Notes under the pieces: generated by a model
The model's database searches: none
Told to the model about the DNA's origin: nothing
Seen by the model: only the letters and a program-made list of their open reading frames with translations
Position numbers and translations under genes: made by a program
Source of the DNA: Natronospirales bacterium
GTDB taxonomy: Bacteria; Pseudomonadota; Gammaproteobacteria; Natronospirales; REEB76
Length of the DNA: 64,000 nucleotides
Reading direction: 5' to 3'
Assembly (NCBI GenBank): GCA_021816765.1
Contig: JAKAXB010000001.1
Location: 170,929-234,928, forward strand
In this document: positions 23,597 through 34,416 of the stretch, in pieces
How the letters are laid out: every line of letters begins with the position of its first letter
Numbering within the stretch: the stretch's first letter is position 1

Positions 23597-24817
23597 TCAG
23601 AATGCGTTGCCCAGGTTGAAGATGGGCAGGTACATGGCCACCACGAGACCGCCCACCAGTATGCCCAGAATCACCATGATGAACGGTTCCATCAGGCTCG
23701 ACATGCTGTCCACGGCGTTATCCACTTCCTCTTCGTAGAAATCCGCCACCTTGGACGCCATGGTGTCAATGGAGCCCGCTTCCTCGCCGATGGCGATCAT
23801 CTGCACCACCACGTGGGGGAAGATGCCGGACTGACTCATGGCCAGATTCAGCTGCTGGCCCGTGGAGACCTGGTCGCGCATTTTCAAGACCGCATTTTCA
23901 TAAACCACGTTACCCGTGGCGCCGGCGACCGATCCCAATGCCTCCACCAGGTTCACGCCAGCGGCGAACATGGTGGACAAGGTGCGGGCGAAGCGCGCGA
24001 TTGCGGCCTTGTTGAGGACCATGCCGATGATGGGGATCTTCAGCAGCACCCGGTCCAGGAATTCGTGGAAACGCGGCGAACGTTTTCTGCCTTCCACCAG
24101 GCCGACGATGGCGGCGATTATGATGATAAGGTACAGCCAGCCCTTGGTGCGCACGGATTTCGACAGATTGACCACCATCTGGGTGAAAGCCGGCAGGTTG
24201 GCGCCGGCGCTCTTGAACAGTGACTGGAATTCGGGGATCACGAAGATCAGCAGGATGGCGGTGACCACAATGGCCACCACCACCACCGCCGCGGGATAGA
24301 ACATGGCCTTCTTGATTTTTTTCTTGATGGCCTCGGTTTTTTCCTTGTAAGCGGCGATCTTGTCCAGCAGGGTTTCCAGGGCGCCGGAATGTTCACCGGC
24401 GCGTACCAGGTTTACAAACAGGTTGTCGAAATACAGCGGCTGCTTGGCCAGGGAATCCGCCAGCGTGTTGCCGGATTCCACGTCGGCCTTGATGCCGAGC
24501 ACCATGTTCTGCATGCGTGGATTGCTGTGTCCCTTGCCGATGATATCAATGGCCTGCACCAGCGGTACCCCGGCCGACATCATGGTGGCCAGTTGGCGGC
24601 TGAAGAACGCGATATCCGCGGTTTTGATGCGTTTGCCGCGCCCCGCGGAGAACAGGGCACTTTCCTTGCGGATCTTGATCGGGGCGATACCCTGCCGGCG
24701 CAAATCCGCCTTGACCGCCACCTCGCTGGAGGCCATGGTTTTGCCCTTGACGCGGTTGCCCTTCTTGTCCGTGCCTTCCCAAAAGAAGTTTGCCTGCTTG
24801 ATTGCTGCGACTGCCAT
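23597..24817 (-). CDS. pilC: Type IV pilus platform protein PilC (GspF family)
   Basis: 406 aa with duplicated GspF domains. Lies between pilB and pilD. Confidence 0.93.
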   Translation of the reverse strand: MAVAAIKQANFFWEGTDKKGNRVKGKTMASSEVAVKADLRRQGIAPIKIRKESALFSAGRGKRIKTADIAFFSRQLATMMSAGVPLVQAIDIIGKGHSNPRMQNMVLGIKADVESGNTLADSLAKQPLYFDNLFVNLVRAGEHSGALETLLDKIAAYKEKTEAIKKKIKKAMFYPAAVVVVAIVVTAILLIFVIPEFQSLFKSAGANLPAFTQMVVNLSKSVRTKGWLYLIIIIAAIVGLVEGRKRSPRFHEFLDRVLLKIPIIGMVLNKAAIARFARTLSTMFAAGVNLVEALGSVAGATGNVVYENAVLKMRDQVSTGQQLNLAMSQSGIFPHVVVQMIAIGEEAGSIDTMASKVADFYEEEVDNAVDSMSSLMEPFIMVILGILVGGLVVAMYLPIFNLGNAF

Positions 24818-24838
24818 GATGCTGCTTCTCTCTATTGC

Positions 24839-26554
24839 CTATTCAGTGATCACGCGGTTCAATTCCGCGAGACTGAGGATGCCGTGTTTGACCTTGTGCA
24901 GGCCCGCCCTGTGCAGGTCCCACACCCCTTCCTTGGCGGACTGGTCCGCAATCTGGATGGCGTTGCCGCCCTCCATGATGAGGCGGCCCATGGCCTCGGA
25001 AACGGGCATGACCTGATAGATGCCGGTGCGCCCCCTGTAGCCATCGGTGCACTGCTCGCAGCCCACCGCTTCGTAAATTTCCATCCCGGATGCGGCCTCC
25101 TCTTCGCTGAAGCCTTCCTTGAGCAGCGCCTCGCGGGGGATTTTGACCGGGCGTTTGCAATGCGTGCACAGCCTGCGTGCCAGGCGCTGTGCGATGATGA
25201 GGTTGACCGCGGTGGCGATGGAATACGGCGGTACGCCGATGTCTGCCAGGCGCGCGAGGGTTTTCGGCGCATCGTTGGTGTGCAGCGTGGCCAGTACCAG
25301 ATGGCCGGTCTGCGCGGCCTTGACCGCGATCTCCGCGGTTTCCAGGTCGCGGATTTCGCCCACCAGAATCACATCCGGGTCCTGGCGCAGGAAGGAGCGC
25401 AGCGCGGAGGCGAAGGTCAGGCCCACCTTGGGATGCACGTTCACCTGATTCACGCCGGGCAACTGGATTTCCACCGGGTCTTCCGCGGTGCAGATGTTCC
25501 GGTCCTGGGTGTTGAGAATGTTGACGCCGGTGTACAGCGACACGGTCTTGCCGCTGCCGGTGGGGCCGGTCACCAAAATCATGCCATAAGGACGCGCCAG
25601 AGCCCCGAGGTAAAATTCCTTCTGGAAATCCTCGTAGCCCAGCGCGTCAATGCCCAGTCTGGCGCTGGCGGGATCCAGAATTCGCAACACGATTTTCTCG
25701 CCCCAGAGCGTCGGACAGGTGTTGACACGAAAATCAATGGCCCGGGTTTTCGACAGCTTGAGCTTGATGCGGCCGTCCTGCGGGATACGCCGTTCGGAAA
25801 TATCCAGTCGCGCCAGCACCTTGAGGCGCGCCGCAATCTTCATCGCCAGCATCACCGGGGGTTGCGCCACTTCGCGCAGCATGCCGTCCTGGCGCAGGCG
25901 GATGCGGTAGAACTTTTCATAGGGCTCGAAATGTATGTCCGAAGCGCCTTTGTTGATGGCATCCAGCATGATTTTGTTGATGAAGCGCACCACCGGCGCA
26001 TCGTCCACGTCCGCATTCGGTTCATCAAGCGTGTGCGCGTCCTCATCGCCGGCGGAGATTTCCAGCTTGCCGAGATCGTCGTCGAGATCCCCCATGTCCG
26101 TATCCAGGGAACGCACCGCTTTTTCGATGGCGCGCGCCAGCTTGTCTTCCTCCACCACCACCGCTTCCGCCGTCAGTCCGGTGCCGAATCGGATTTCATC
26201 GAGCGCCCGCAGGTTGGCCGGATCGGAAACCCCCACGAAAATCCTGCGGCCGCGGCGGAACAACGGCAGTACGTGGTGTTTCTCGATGAGCTGTGCTTCC
26301 ATCTCCTTCAGGGGGGCATGGGCCATGTCAACGGCGTCCAGATCCAGTACCGGTACGCCGAATTCGTCGGCGGCGATGCTGGCCAGGATATTGGCGTTGA
26401 GTTTCTTGTGGCGCACCAGGTAGGAGACCAGCAGCAGCTTTTCCTGCGCCGCTTCCCGCTGCACGTCCATGGCCTGGGCTTCGCTCAGCAAACCGTCGGC
26501 CACCAGCCTGCGGGGCAAGCCGGTGAGGCTCGTTCTGACGGTCGTCGTAGCCAT
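24839..26554 (-). CDS. pilB: Type IV pilus assembly ATPase PilB
   Basis: GspE-family ATPase with Walker A GPTGSGKT and tetracysteine motif. Start moved to ATG 26554 behind AGGAA. Confidence 0.95.
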   Translation of the reverse strand: MATTTVRTSLTGLPRRLVADGLLSEAQAMDVQREAAQEKLLLVSYLVRHKKLNANILASIAADEFGVPVLDLDAVDMAHAPLKEMEAQLIEKHHVLPLFRRGRRIFVGVSDPANLRALDEIRFGTGLTAEAVVVEEDKLARAIEKAVRSLDTDMGDLDDDLGKLEISAGDEDAHTLDEPNADVDDAPVVRFINKIMLDAINKGASDIHFEPYEKFYRIRLRQDGMLREVAQPPVMLAMKIAARLKVLARLDISERRIPQDGRIKLKLSKTRAIDFRVNTCPTLWGEKIVLRILDPASARLGIDALGYEDFQKEFYLGALARPYGMILVTGPTGSGKTVSLYTGVNILNTQDRNICTAEDPVEIQLPGVNQVNVHPKVGLTFASALRSFLRQDPDVILVGEIRDLETAEIAVKAAQTGHLVLATLHTNDAPKTLARLADIGVPPYSIATAVNLIIAQRLARRLCTHCKRPVKIPREALLKEGFSEEEAASGMEIYEAVGCEQCTDGYRGRTGIYQVMPVSEAMGRLIMEGGNAIQIADQSAKEGVWDLHRAGLHKVKHGILSLAELNRVITE

Positions 26555-27170
26555 ATCCGCGTTCCTTTGTCCCGGCGGCCTCAAACCGCCGCCACGGGCG
26601 TTAGATAGTAGTGTATCGGCCGAAAATGTCCAACTGTGGCGCGGCCCTGCGGCAGAGCCAGGGACGGACCTGAGCAGCAGAGCGCCTTGCCGGGAGGTGG
26701 AGCGGGGCTGGTATCCTGATGTCGCTGTCCAGATTCCGGAGAAATATGCGGGGGGTTCGCTGGGCCGGATGATGCCAGCCGAGTAAGCCCGGGAGCCTCA
26801 TGCCAGTAATGTAAACTTCAAGGAACGGGCTTCCCAAACTCCGGGTGCCGGCTACGCGACTTAGTTCTGATTGAAGTTTGAGCAGGCGTTGCGAATTGTC
26901 ATACAAGCCGCTACTCCGTATTAAATTTCACGAATTTTGGACATCCGCAAGTGGAGTGCGTTTACCGGAGTGATTATATGTATGCCATTTGCAAGCTGGG
27001 CTAAGGAAAATCCGCCATACAATGAGGAACCCGCTCCATATGGAACATACTGGAGGAATAGGTATTTGGCGCAATTTTTGGCGGGTTTACTTTCTCCGGT
27101 GTGACGGTGGAGATGGGAGTTATTTAAGAATTCGGAAAGCAAGCAATCAGACAATGAACATATCGGCGTC

Positions 27171-28415
27171 ATGCGCTTATCGTGGAGGACAGAGTTGACC
27201 GTTCGCCGTCGCCTGCTGGTTCTAACCTCCACCTATCCGCGCTGGCCAAATGACCGGGAACCCGGCTTCGTACACGAACTGTGCAAGCGCCTGACCGGTG
27301 ATTTTGATGTCACCGTGCTCAGTCCCCACGCGTCCGGTGCAATGGTTGAGGAAATCATGGATGGTGTGTCTGTACGGCGTTACCGCTATGCTCCTGCGAG
27401 TTGGGAAACTCTGGTCAATAATGGCGGCATCGTCACCAACCTCAAACGCCAGCCCTGGAAGTGGTTGTTGGTGCCGGGCTTTTTGCTTGTACAGGCTTGG
27501 GCAGTTTGGCGCCTGATTCGACGCTGGCGACCGGATATCATTCACGCGCACTGGGTATTGCCGCAAGGTCTGCTGATTGCCGTGCTGAGTTACATTGTGC
27601 GCCGTAAGTTCCCGTTTCTGGTCACAGCGCATGGTGCCGATCTGTTTGCCTTGCATGGCTGGAGATTTACGGTATTAAAGCGTTTTGTCATTCACAGAGC
27701 AACTGCAGTCACGGTGGTTAGCAGTGCAATGCGTACGGAGTTGGTGCGCATTGGCGCCGAGGTGGATGAAGTTGAAATTCAACCAATGGGCGTGGATCTG
27801 TCCGAACGTTTCACTCCCGACCCATCGATTCTTCGTTCATCGGACGAAATGTTGTTTGTGGGCAGACTGGTCGAAAAGAAGGGTTTACGTTATTTAATTG
27901 GTGCAATGCCAGCCATCCTGTCTGCCCGTCCAAAAACGTATCTCACTGTGGCCGGTTTTGGGCCTGAAGAATCGGCCCTCCGCATGCAAGTGCAAGAGTT
28001 GGGATTGGATAATAAAGTACATTTCATCGGTGCGGTGGTGCAAGCTGATTTGCCCGCATTGTATCGGCGTGCAGCAGTATTTGTAGCTCCGTTCGTGCAG
28101 GCGGCATCCGGTGATCAGGAAGGTTTGGGACTGGTGTGTATTGAGGCCGCGGGTTGTGGCTGTCCGGTTATCATGTCCGACTTGGCCACAAGCCGGGATA
28201 TGTTTACCGATGCCTCAGGCGTTGTATCCGTAACCCAGGCGGACAGCCCTGCTTTGGCGCTGGCAGTCCAGAACGTGTTATTGGCACCCGATAGATATCG
28301 TAGAGCTGCCATTGCCAATCGTCAGCAGCTGATGCAGCGATTTGACTGGTACGCTGTAAGTCAGCGCTATATACAGTTACTCCAGAGACTATCCCTCGCC
28401 ACGAAACATGAATAG
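27171..28415 (+). CDS. Glycosyltransferase family 4 (GT-B fold)
   Basis: 414 aa with a typical GT4 N-terminus (LLVLTSTYP..) and C-terminal EGLGLVCIEAAGCGCPVI motif (E-x7-E region). Confidence 0.8.
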   Translation: MRLSWRTELTVRRRLLVLTSTYPRWPNDREPGFVHELCKRLTGDFDVTVLSPHASGAMVEEIMDGVSVRRYRYAPASWETLVNNGGIVTNLKRQPWKWLLVPGFLLVQAWAVWRLIRRWRPDIIHAHWVLPQGLLIAVLSYIVRRKFPFLVTAHGADLFALHGWRFTVLKRFVIHRATAVTVVSSAMRTELVRIGAEVDEVEIQPMGVDLSERFTPDPSILRSSDEMLFVGRLVEKKGLRYLIGAMPAILSARPKTYLTVAGFGPEESALRMQVQELGLDNKVHFIGAVVQADLPALYRRAAVFVAPFVQAASGDQEGLGLVCIEAAGCGCPVIMSDLATSRDMFTDASGVVSVTQADSPALALAVQNVLLAPDRYRRAAIANRQQLMQRFDWYAVSQRYIQLLQRLSLATKHE

Positions 28416-28783
28416 GGCGCTTATATGCGTGGTCCTTTCGCGATCTGGTCGCCCATGTTACAAGTTGACGGCAGATACAAAATTATTATGGTGATTACGA
28501 TTGAAACATTATGCAAGGTTGAGAATAAGCCCTTACCACGGTGCCTAGGGTCGGCCATGATTCTATCCAGTATCAGTTTACCGGATGGTAGAGCCATATT
28601 ACCTACAGTCACCCGTTTGACTCTGCTCATGTATCTTGTGGATTTCATTGTTGAGTGCATGCGAACCACGCTCCAGATTGAACGTCAACGTTCAATCGTC
28701 ACGTGCTTGCCGAGCCCGACCCTCAATGCCATGAGCATGTCGCTGTACCGAATCATTTCGGCAGTGATCTATCGGTTCTGGCC

Positions 28784-29836
28784 ATGACCATTGAATACCA
28801 AAATCCGGGTGCCCTGCGGATATGGCTTCCTGCCATTCGTGCCGAGAGTGGCGCAGATATTTTTGTTATGCGTCTTGCCCAGGCATTGCGGCGCGCAGGC
28901 CACGAGCCTCTAGTGCAGTGGTTCGATCATCGGTATGAGCTAATGCCGGAGCTCATGCGCTTTCATCGTAAACCGGAACATATCGATATCATTCATGCTA
29001 ACAGCTGGAACGCATGTGTATTTCTTCGGCAATGCGTTCCTGTAGTGGCGACTGTACATCATCTAGTGCACGATCCGGCCTACGCTCCTTACCGGTCCGT
29101 AGCACAAGCGTTTTATCATCGCTGGCATGTGCGGTGGCGTGAAGCTCGTGCGGTTGAGCAAAGTGCGGCTGTTACGGCGATTTCGAGTTATGTATGTCAG
29201 ACAGTGCGAGAGGTGTTTGGAAGAGAATCGGTGCAGGTCATTAACAACTGGGTTGATACTGATCAATATAGGCCGTCATCAGAATATAAATTACCTGATG
29301 CTCGTCGTTTCCGGCTGCTGATGGTGGGGAACCATAGCCGACGAAAAGGATATGATCTATTGCCTGCATTCGCGCATGCGCTGGGGCCGAGTTTCGATTT
29401 GCGTTGTACTGGCGGGCTTCGGGATAACGATACCACGATGAGCTTGGAAAATTTAAGCATTCTCGGGCACCTATCCGAGCAAGAATTGATTTACGAATAT
29501 ATGCATTGTGATGCCGTGGTATCGCTGTCACGCTACGAGGGATTTGGTTATACGGCGCTGGAAGGCATGGCATGTGGCAAACCGTTCGTGGGGTTTCATA
29601 CCAGCGGCTTAACTGATGTGGTTATTGATGGAGTGACGGGATTCCTTGTGCCCATTAATGATTTAACTGCTTTGGTAGAAAGGTGTGTGCGGCTATCAAA
29701 CAGCCCGTTGATGCCTGAGCGTATGGGGAAGGCTGGAAGAGAGCGGGCATTGAGTGCATTTACCGAGAGAGCGGCAATCGATGCTTACATCGCACTATAT
29801 CGTAAAGTAATTGTGCAATTCCGGAAATCTGAATAG
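28784..29836 (+). CDS. Glycosyltransferase family 4 (GT-B fold)
   Basis: GT4 C-terminal motif YEGFGYTALEGMACGKPFV. Start placed at ATG 28784 (MTIEYQN) rather than 28703. Confidence 0.8.
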   Translation: MTIEYQNPGALRIWLPAIRAESGADIFVMRLAQALRRAGHEPLVQWFDHRYELMPELMRFHRKPEHIDIIHANSWNACVFLRQCVPVVATVHHLVHDPAYAPYRSVAQAFYHRWHVRWREARAVEQSAAVTAISSYVCQTVREVFGRESVQVINNWVDTDQYRPSSEYKLPDARRFRLLMVGNHSRRKGYDLLPAFAHALGPSFDLRCTGGLRDNDTTMSLENLSILGHLSEQELIYEYMHCDAVVSLSRYEGFGYTALEGMACGKPFVGFHTSGLTDVVIDGVTGFLVPINDLTALVERCVRLSNSPLMPERMGKAGRERALSAFTERAAIDAYIALYRKVIVQFRKSE

Positions 29837-29986
29837 GGTCGTGGGACCCGGTGCATGCGGTATGGCCAACAACCATCCAAAGTATTGATGTCAACGATTG
29901 ACTTTCCTGCCCATTACCCTGCACGGCAAAAGGGGGCAGATCTGACAACCCATGGTCAGTCATCAATGTATACATGGATCTAAATC

Positions 29987-31186
29987 ATGAAAAATATTCG
30001 ACTCGCAATTGTGATTCCTACTCGGAATCGTGCCGCACTGGCAGCGCAGTCTGTGGAGTCCGTGTTGACGTCTTACGCGGGCGATGATGTCGGGGTCATA
30101 ATTTCTGATAACTCGACAGATATTTCAGAGTCCGTAATTTTAGATAGGTATTTTTCAAGCGTAGGTTCACGTGTACAGCTGATACGCCCGATGACACCAC
30201 TTGGAATGACAGCTCACTGGAATTTCGCAATTGATTACGCGATGTCAGCGGCGCCCTATACACACTTCACGGTTTTGACAGATAGAATGCTTTTCAAAGT
30301 AAATTGTATTAAACATATTCTAAGCATTCTATCATCATTCCAAAACGATGTGCTTAGCTACACATATGATCGTATCCATGATGCCGATACCTCTTGTCCG
30401 ATAATTTACAGACCTTTACCTCGTTCCGGTGACCTGATTCGGATCGAATCAGAGCGGTTACTTGCGATGTCGGCGCATATGTCGTTTCCATCTTGTTTAC
30501 CACGCATGCTCAATAGCGTGAGCCCTCGGGAACATTTGAATAAATTAAAGATCAGGTTCGCTAAGGTATTCTCATCCATAGCTCCGGATTTTAATTTCTG
30601 TTACCGCACTCTTGATATTTGCAAATCGTTCGTATATTACGATAGAGCAGTATTAATCAATTATTCGCAGGGAAGAAGTAATGGCGCAAGCTTTGCTCGT
30701 GGCGTAATGACAAGGGATAGTGAAGATTTCATGAAGAACCTGGATGGTAACCGTTTGAATGAATGCTCACCTTTGCCAGCGGTTTTAACCGTAGGTAACT
30801 CGATCGTTCATGAATACTGTATCGCAAAGCGATTATCGCACAGCGGAAAATTTCCCGAAATATCAATTGATGCCTATATGGATTTTCTCGCCGCTGAGGT
30901 TCTCCAATTTGAGGATGCGCATGTCACAAGCGAATCACTGCGCCTGTTGCGCAGATATGGCTGGAAACCGCGATTGCAATTTCACCTGGCAAGATGGAAA
31001 AGCAAAATGGTGGAAATAATACTTGATCTTTGTGCTCGTAAGTTCGGTACAGTCAAGGAAGCGGTTTCTTATGCATGCTCTCATACAACACCGGTATGGG
31101 CGTGGTTTCCGCACCCTTCCCGTGGCTACGGATTGAAAATACCGTTTCCTGTGCCGGGAAAGAACAATGGTCACTCGAATTTGTAG
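29987..31186 (+). CDS. Glycosyltransferase family 2 (GT-A fold)
   Basis: N-terminal LAIVIPTRNRAALAAQSVESVL...ISDNSTD pattern, typical of GT2. 399 aa. Low-GC codon usage. Confidence 0.7.
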   Translation: MKNIRLAIVIPTRNRAALAAQSVESVLTSYAGDDVGVIISDNSTDISESVILDRYFSSVGSRVQLIRPMTPLGMTAHWNFAIDYAMSAAPYTHFTVLTDRMLFKVNCIKHILSILSSFQNDVLSYTYDRIHDADTSCPIIYRPLPRSGDLIRIESERLLAMSAHMSFPSCLPRMLNSVSPREHLNKLKIRFAKVFSSIAPDFNFCYRTLDICKSFVYYDRAVLINYSQGRSNGASFARGVMTRDSEDFMKNLDGNRLNECSPLPAVLTVGNSIVHEYCIAKRLSHSGKFPEISIDAYMDFLAAEVLQFEDAHVTSESLRLLRRYGWKPRLQFHLARWKSKMVEIILDLCARKFGTVKEAVSYACSHTTPVWAWFPHPSRGYGLKIPFPVPGKNNGHSNL

Positions 31187-31208
31187 AGGAATCTGCTTAA
31201 GGCCAAGT

Positions 31209-32723
31209 TTAATTTTTAGGCGACATTGCTTGTGTCACTTGTTTCTTTGCCCATGTTCGAATGGATGGTGACATTAGCGCTGCGGCGCTAAGGGTAATGC
31301 CGCTGATCAGGATCAATTGCAAAATGCCTTGCAGGTTTCGCGATATGATTGGGACCATCCACCGCATGAACATACCGACAGCAGTGGCGCCAATGAAAGG
31401 CGGCAGTATATCTTGCAGGTACCATTTGCCCATTTCTCCACGCATGAAGCGGCGATGCATCAATGGAATCGCTATGACAACAAATCCGAGGTTGATTGCG
31501 AGCCACAAGAAGGCAGCACCGATGATGCCGTAGTGACCAACGGCCCATATGCAAAAGGGTATGCCCAGGATCAATGCAACCAGGTTTGTCCCGACGGCGA
31601 GTCGCGTCCAGCCATGCGCCAGTTGCAGTGCATAGGGAAGATTCATCAACCCGTTTAGTGCAGTACCGGCGACCAGGATCGAGAGCGGCACAGCCACCTT
31701 CGCCGCCGTGGCAGCATCGCCAGTCCATAAATAGATAACGTCTTTTGAAAAGACTATCAATACAACCGAAATCGCTGCCAGTACAATGCCAAGATACTGA
31801 TTGCTCAAATGATAAAGGTGTGTCAATGCTTTATTTTCGCCGAGGGACACCAGTCTGCTGTAACGCGGATAAAGTGCATTGAACATGGGTTGGATCATGC
31901 GGCCCATGCCTGCCGCTACGCTGAGTGCCAGGCTGAAGTAACCCAGTTCCACCAGTGGTCGCATGGCCGAGAGCACGATGCGGTCGAGCTGTGTGACTGC
32001 GACCGACAGTGCGGTGATGGCAACCAGTCCGCCCGCGAAGCGGCCCGTGGCTCGAAGTTCTTCCGGGTGGAATCGCGGGCGCTTGTGGGTGCCGGATGGC
32101 AACAAACGCCACAATACAGTGGCGGACACCAGCGATTGGCAAGCTCCCATGGCCGCATACCACCACATGAAAGCCGCGATCGTGGGGGAAACCCAATACA
32201 GCACCGCCAGCACACCGGCACCGCGCAGGGTGGCGAAGCCGGCGTTGATCAGATTCAACACCGGTTGCCGTTCAAGCCCGGAAAGACCGTTGGAATAGAA
32301 ACCGCTGGGCCATTGCAGCGCCACCGCCAATCCCATGATGGCGATGGCATGTGCGGTTTCCCTGCGAGTCAGATGAACCGGATGCAGCCAATGATTCGCC
32401 AATGGACCGCTGGCAAGCCAGATCGCGACGGCTATTGCCAGGGCGGTTGGCCAGATCAGCCATTCAAAGGTACGAACCAGATCGCCAATGGTGCCGACCA
32501 TATCGGTATTGTGAGCGCGGCGCGCCAGCTCCCGATTCAACGCACCACCCATGCCGAGATCAAGCAGCATGGAAAGTGCCTGGATGCTCAGCATCAGCCC
32601 AACCAGACCGAAGGCTTCCATACCCAGCACACGGATGTAGAGCGGCACAAACGCCACGCTCATCAGCACCATCCACACCTGTCCGGCGTAGTTGGCGAGA
32701 ATATTTGTCCGTAACACAGGCAC
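31209..32723 (-). CDS. Wzx-like oligosaccharide flippase (MOP superfamily polysaccharide biosynthesis protein)
   Basis: 504 aa with about 12-14 hydrophobic helices. N-terminus ILANYAGQVW..VPLYIRVLGMEAFGLVG is typical of the Wzx/PST family. Confidence 0.75.
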   Translation of the reverse strand: MPVLRTNILANYAGQVWMVLMSVAFVPLYIRVLGMEAFGLVGLMLSIQALSMLLDLGMGGALNRELARRAHNTDMVGTIGDLVRTFEWLIWPTALAIAVAIWLASGPLANHWLHPVHLTRRETAHAIAIMGLAVALQWPSGFYSNGLSGLERQPVLNLINAGFATLRGAGVLAVLYWVSPTIAAFMWWYAAMGACQSLVSATVLWRLLPSGTHKRPRFHPEELRATGRFAGGLVAITALSVAVTQLDRIVLSAMRPLVELGYFSLALSVAAGMGRMIQPMFNALYPRYSRLVSLGENKALTHLYHLSNQYLGIVLAAISVVLIVFSKDVIYLWTGDAATAAKVAVPLSILVAGTALNGLMNLPYALQLAHGWTRLAVGTNLVALILGIPFCIWAVGHYGIIGAAFLWLAINLGFVVIAIPLMHRRFMRGEMGKWYLQDILPPFIGATAVGMFMRWMVPIISRNLQGILQLILISGITLSAAALMSPSIRTWAKKQVTQAMSPKN

Positions 32724-32734
32724 AGATGTGTGCT

Positions 32735-33538
32735 CTAGACGCGCCGTAAATAGCCGTCGGGAGCGACGGTGATCAGCAATTTGTCTTCAATATTCTTGTC
32801 TATAGTGAAACGAAGCGGCGCACCATCAGCGGATTCTCTGCCCTCATCGCGGAGCCGCCGCAGATACTCGTGCAAGGCAGTTTTTGGATTGTTGCCGGGA
32901 CCCCAATCTCGATCCGGGTAAAAATCGGTGGGTAGATCTTCGATAACCGAGTCGAACACCACACAATAGCTGTCTTGTGAAACCAGGGGCGCGTAGGCCT
33001 CGAGTTCTGCGAGCACGTGTTTATGAGTGTGATTGGAGTCCAGCAATACCAAGACGTGCTCAAAGGCTGATGCGATCCGGGTAACTTGCGCAACGGTATC
33101 CGGTGCAACCGACGAGCCCTGAATCATTTCAATGCGATTCGACAAAGGATGCGCTTCAATCGCCGTACGGTTGTGCGCGCGGATGTCAATATCCACTCCG
33201 AGTACTTTCCGTCGCGGTATCTGTGGGTCAAGCATATTGCCCGTCTCCACAGCATCGTAGTAATCCAATAGCGTTAACAGCGAGGCACTGAGTACCAATG
33301 AACCGCCATGAGCAATGCCGGTTTCGATGATCAGGTCGGGGCGAACGTCCCAGATGATCTCCTGTATGGCAACCATGTCCTGCGGATATTGGATAATTGG
33401 CCTGCCTTGCCAGAAGAAGTTATAGGAGTATTTCGCTCTGTTCGACGAGCGCACGAACGCACGAGTGTCAGATTGGAGCTGCGAATCGTTGCGGAAGCCT
33501 TGGATCCGTTGTTTTGATTCCTCTTGAAAATTGCTCAT
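32735..33538 (-). CDS. CmcI (cephalosporin hydroxylase)-family SAM-dependent O-methyltransferase
   Basis: 267 aa with motifs WQGRPIIQYPQDMVAIQEIIW and IIETGIAHGGS, characteristic of CmcI-like sugar O-methyltransferases. Confidence 0.75.
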   Translation of the reverse strand: MSNFQEESKQRIQGFRNDSQLQSDTRAFVRSSNRAKYSYNFFWQGRPIIQYPQDMVAIQEIIWDVRPDLIIETGIAHGGSLVLSASLLTLLDYYDAVETGNMLDPQIPRRKVLGVDIDIRAHNRTAIEAHPLSNRIEMIQGSSVAPDTVAQVTRIASAFEHVLVLLDSNHTHKHVLAELEAYAPLVSQDSYCVVFDSVIEDLPTDFYPDRDWGPGNNPKTALHEYLRRLRDEGRESADGAPLRFTIDKNIEDKLLITVAPDGYLRRV

Positions 33539-34416
33539 GTTTTGCCTCCTTTGCCCCCTGGAGTGTGGCTGATTTGCGATTCAGCCAATATGGAATTAAG
33601 TTTTTGTCTGCTTCCCCAGAACGCACGTGGTTCGTAATCCGGATATGGATAGACGCCGAATTTGAGACATATCTCAGCGTGCCAGCCATGCAACCACTCT
33701 TGCGCCAGATCAGATATTTTTCGGGGTACACCACTGCAGATATTTACCAGATCCGTATTATGATGGTTCAGCGTGATTTCACAGATTTGCGACGCAGCAA
33801 TTTCAACGGGAAGAAAGTCACGCAACTGGTCGCCTGGTGACATGGCGAATTCCGATCTACCCTCGGTGATTGCGGTGCGCAATTGTGAGTACAGCGACGT
33901 CGGTGCCTGGCCTGAACCATAGAGGTAAAATAATCTGAGCCAAGTGAGCTGCAAGCCGTTGCAAGATTCGAGTTTCTGTAGGTAATGGCGCAATTGATTC
34001 TTGGCGTGGCCGTATGCTGTGCACGGCATCGCAGGTAATTCTTCATGTAGCATACCGGACTGCATTCCGTATTCCAGACATGTGCCTGTGACAACCAAAC
34101 GCTTTATCCCGGACTGTACACAAGACTCGAGGAACACTACTTGTCTGGGAAGCTCGCGATTTAGATGTGTCTCTGATCGATAGTTAGGGAGGCCGTCCCA
34201 AGCCAGGTGCAGCAAGACGTCGGGCTGGCCTAATCGTTCAAAGATGTCTGTTGCATCCCCATCCATATCCAGCGCGGTGTAAGTGATAGCTTCGGTAGGA
34301 GCGAACAACGGATCTGGCGCGCGGGATGCGATGGCAATCTTAACACCGCGCGCAAGCAGCTCGCGAACGACATGGCGGCCAATGAAACCAGTGGCGCCAG
34401 TGACAGCCACTTTCAT
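33535..34416 (-). CDS. NAD(P)-dependent SDR sugar epimerase/ketoreductase
   Basis: N-terminal Rossmann motif VTGATGFIGRHV. 293 aa. 4-nt overlap with the downstream gene. Confidence 0.8.
   Translation of the reverse strand: MKVAVTGATGFIGRHVVRELLARGVKIAIASRAPDPLFAPTEAITYTALDMDGDATDIFERLGQPDVLLHLAWDGLPNYRSETHLNRELPRQVVFLESCVQSGIKRLVVTGTCLEYGMQSGMLHEELPAMPCTAYGHAKNQLRHYLQKLESCNGLQLTWLRLFYLYGSGQAPTSLYSQLRTAITEGRSEFAMSPGDQLRDFLPVEIAASQICEITLNHHNTDLVNICSGVPRKISDLAQEWLHGWHAEICLKFGVYPYPDYEPRAFWGSRQKLNSILAESQISHTPGGKGGKT

Noticed and set aside
26636-26652. Sigma54-like element TGGCGCGGCCCTGCGG upstream of pilB, a possible relic of an ancestral divergent pilA promoter.
   Set aside because: The GG-to-GC spacing is one nucleotide short of the -24/-12 consensus, and no gene follows it.
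26690-26760. tmRNA/tRNA-like start (GGGGCTGGTATCCTGATGTCGC resembles the tmRNA 5' end GGGGCTGATTCTGGATTCGAC).
   Set aside because: No matching 3' acceptor/T-arm, tag reading frame or pseudoknot region can be found nearby. The similarity is limited to about 20 nt.
26601-27232. ORFs 26601..26906 (-), 26921..27232 (-) and 26989..27198 (+) in the gap between pilB and the first glycosyltransferase.
   Set aside because: No RBS and no recognisable motifs. They overlap one another and the GT4 start. I treat the region as a non-coding island boundary.
28421-28787. ORFs 28421..28669 (-) and 28425..28787 (+) between the two GT4 genes.
   Set aside because: Mutually overlapping ORFs in AT-rich DNA with no motifs. 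The plus-strand ORF runs into the real start of the second GT4 gene.
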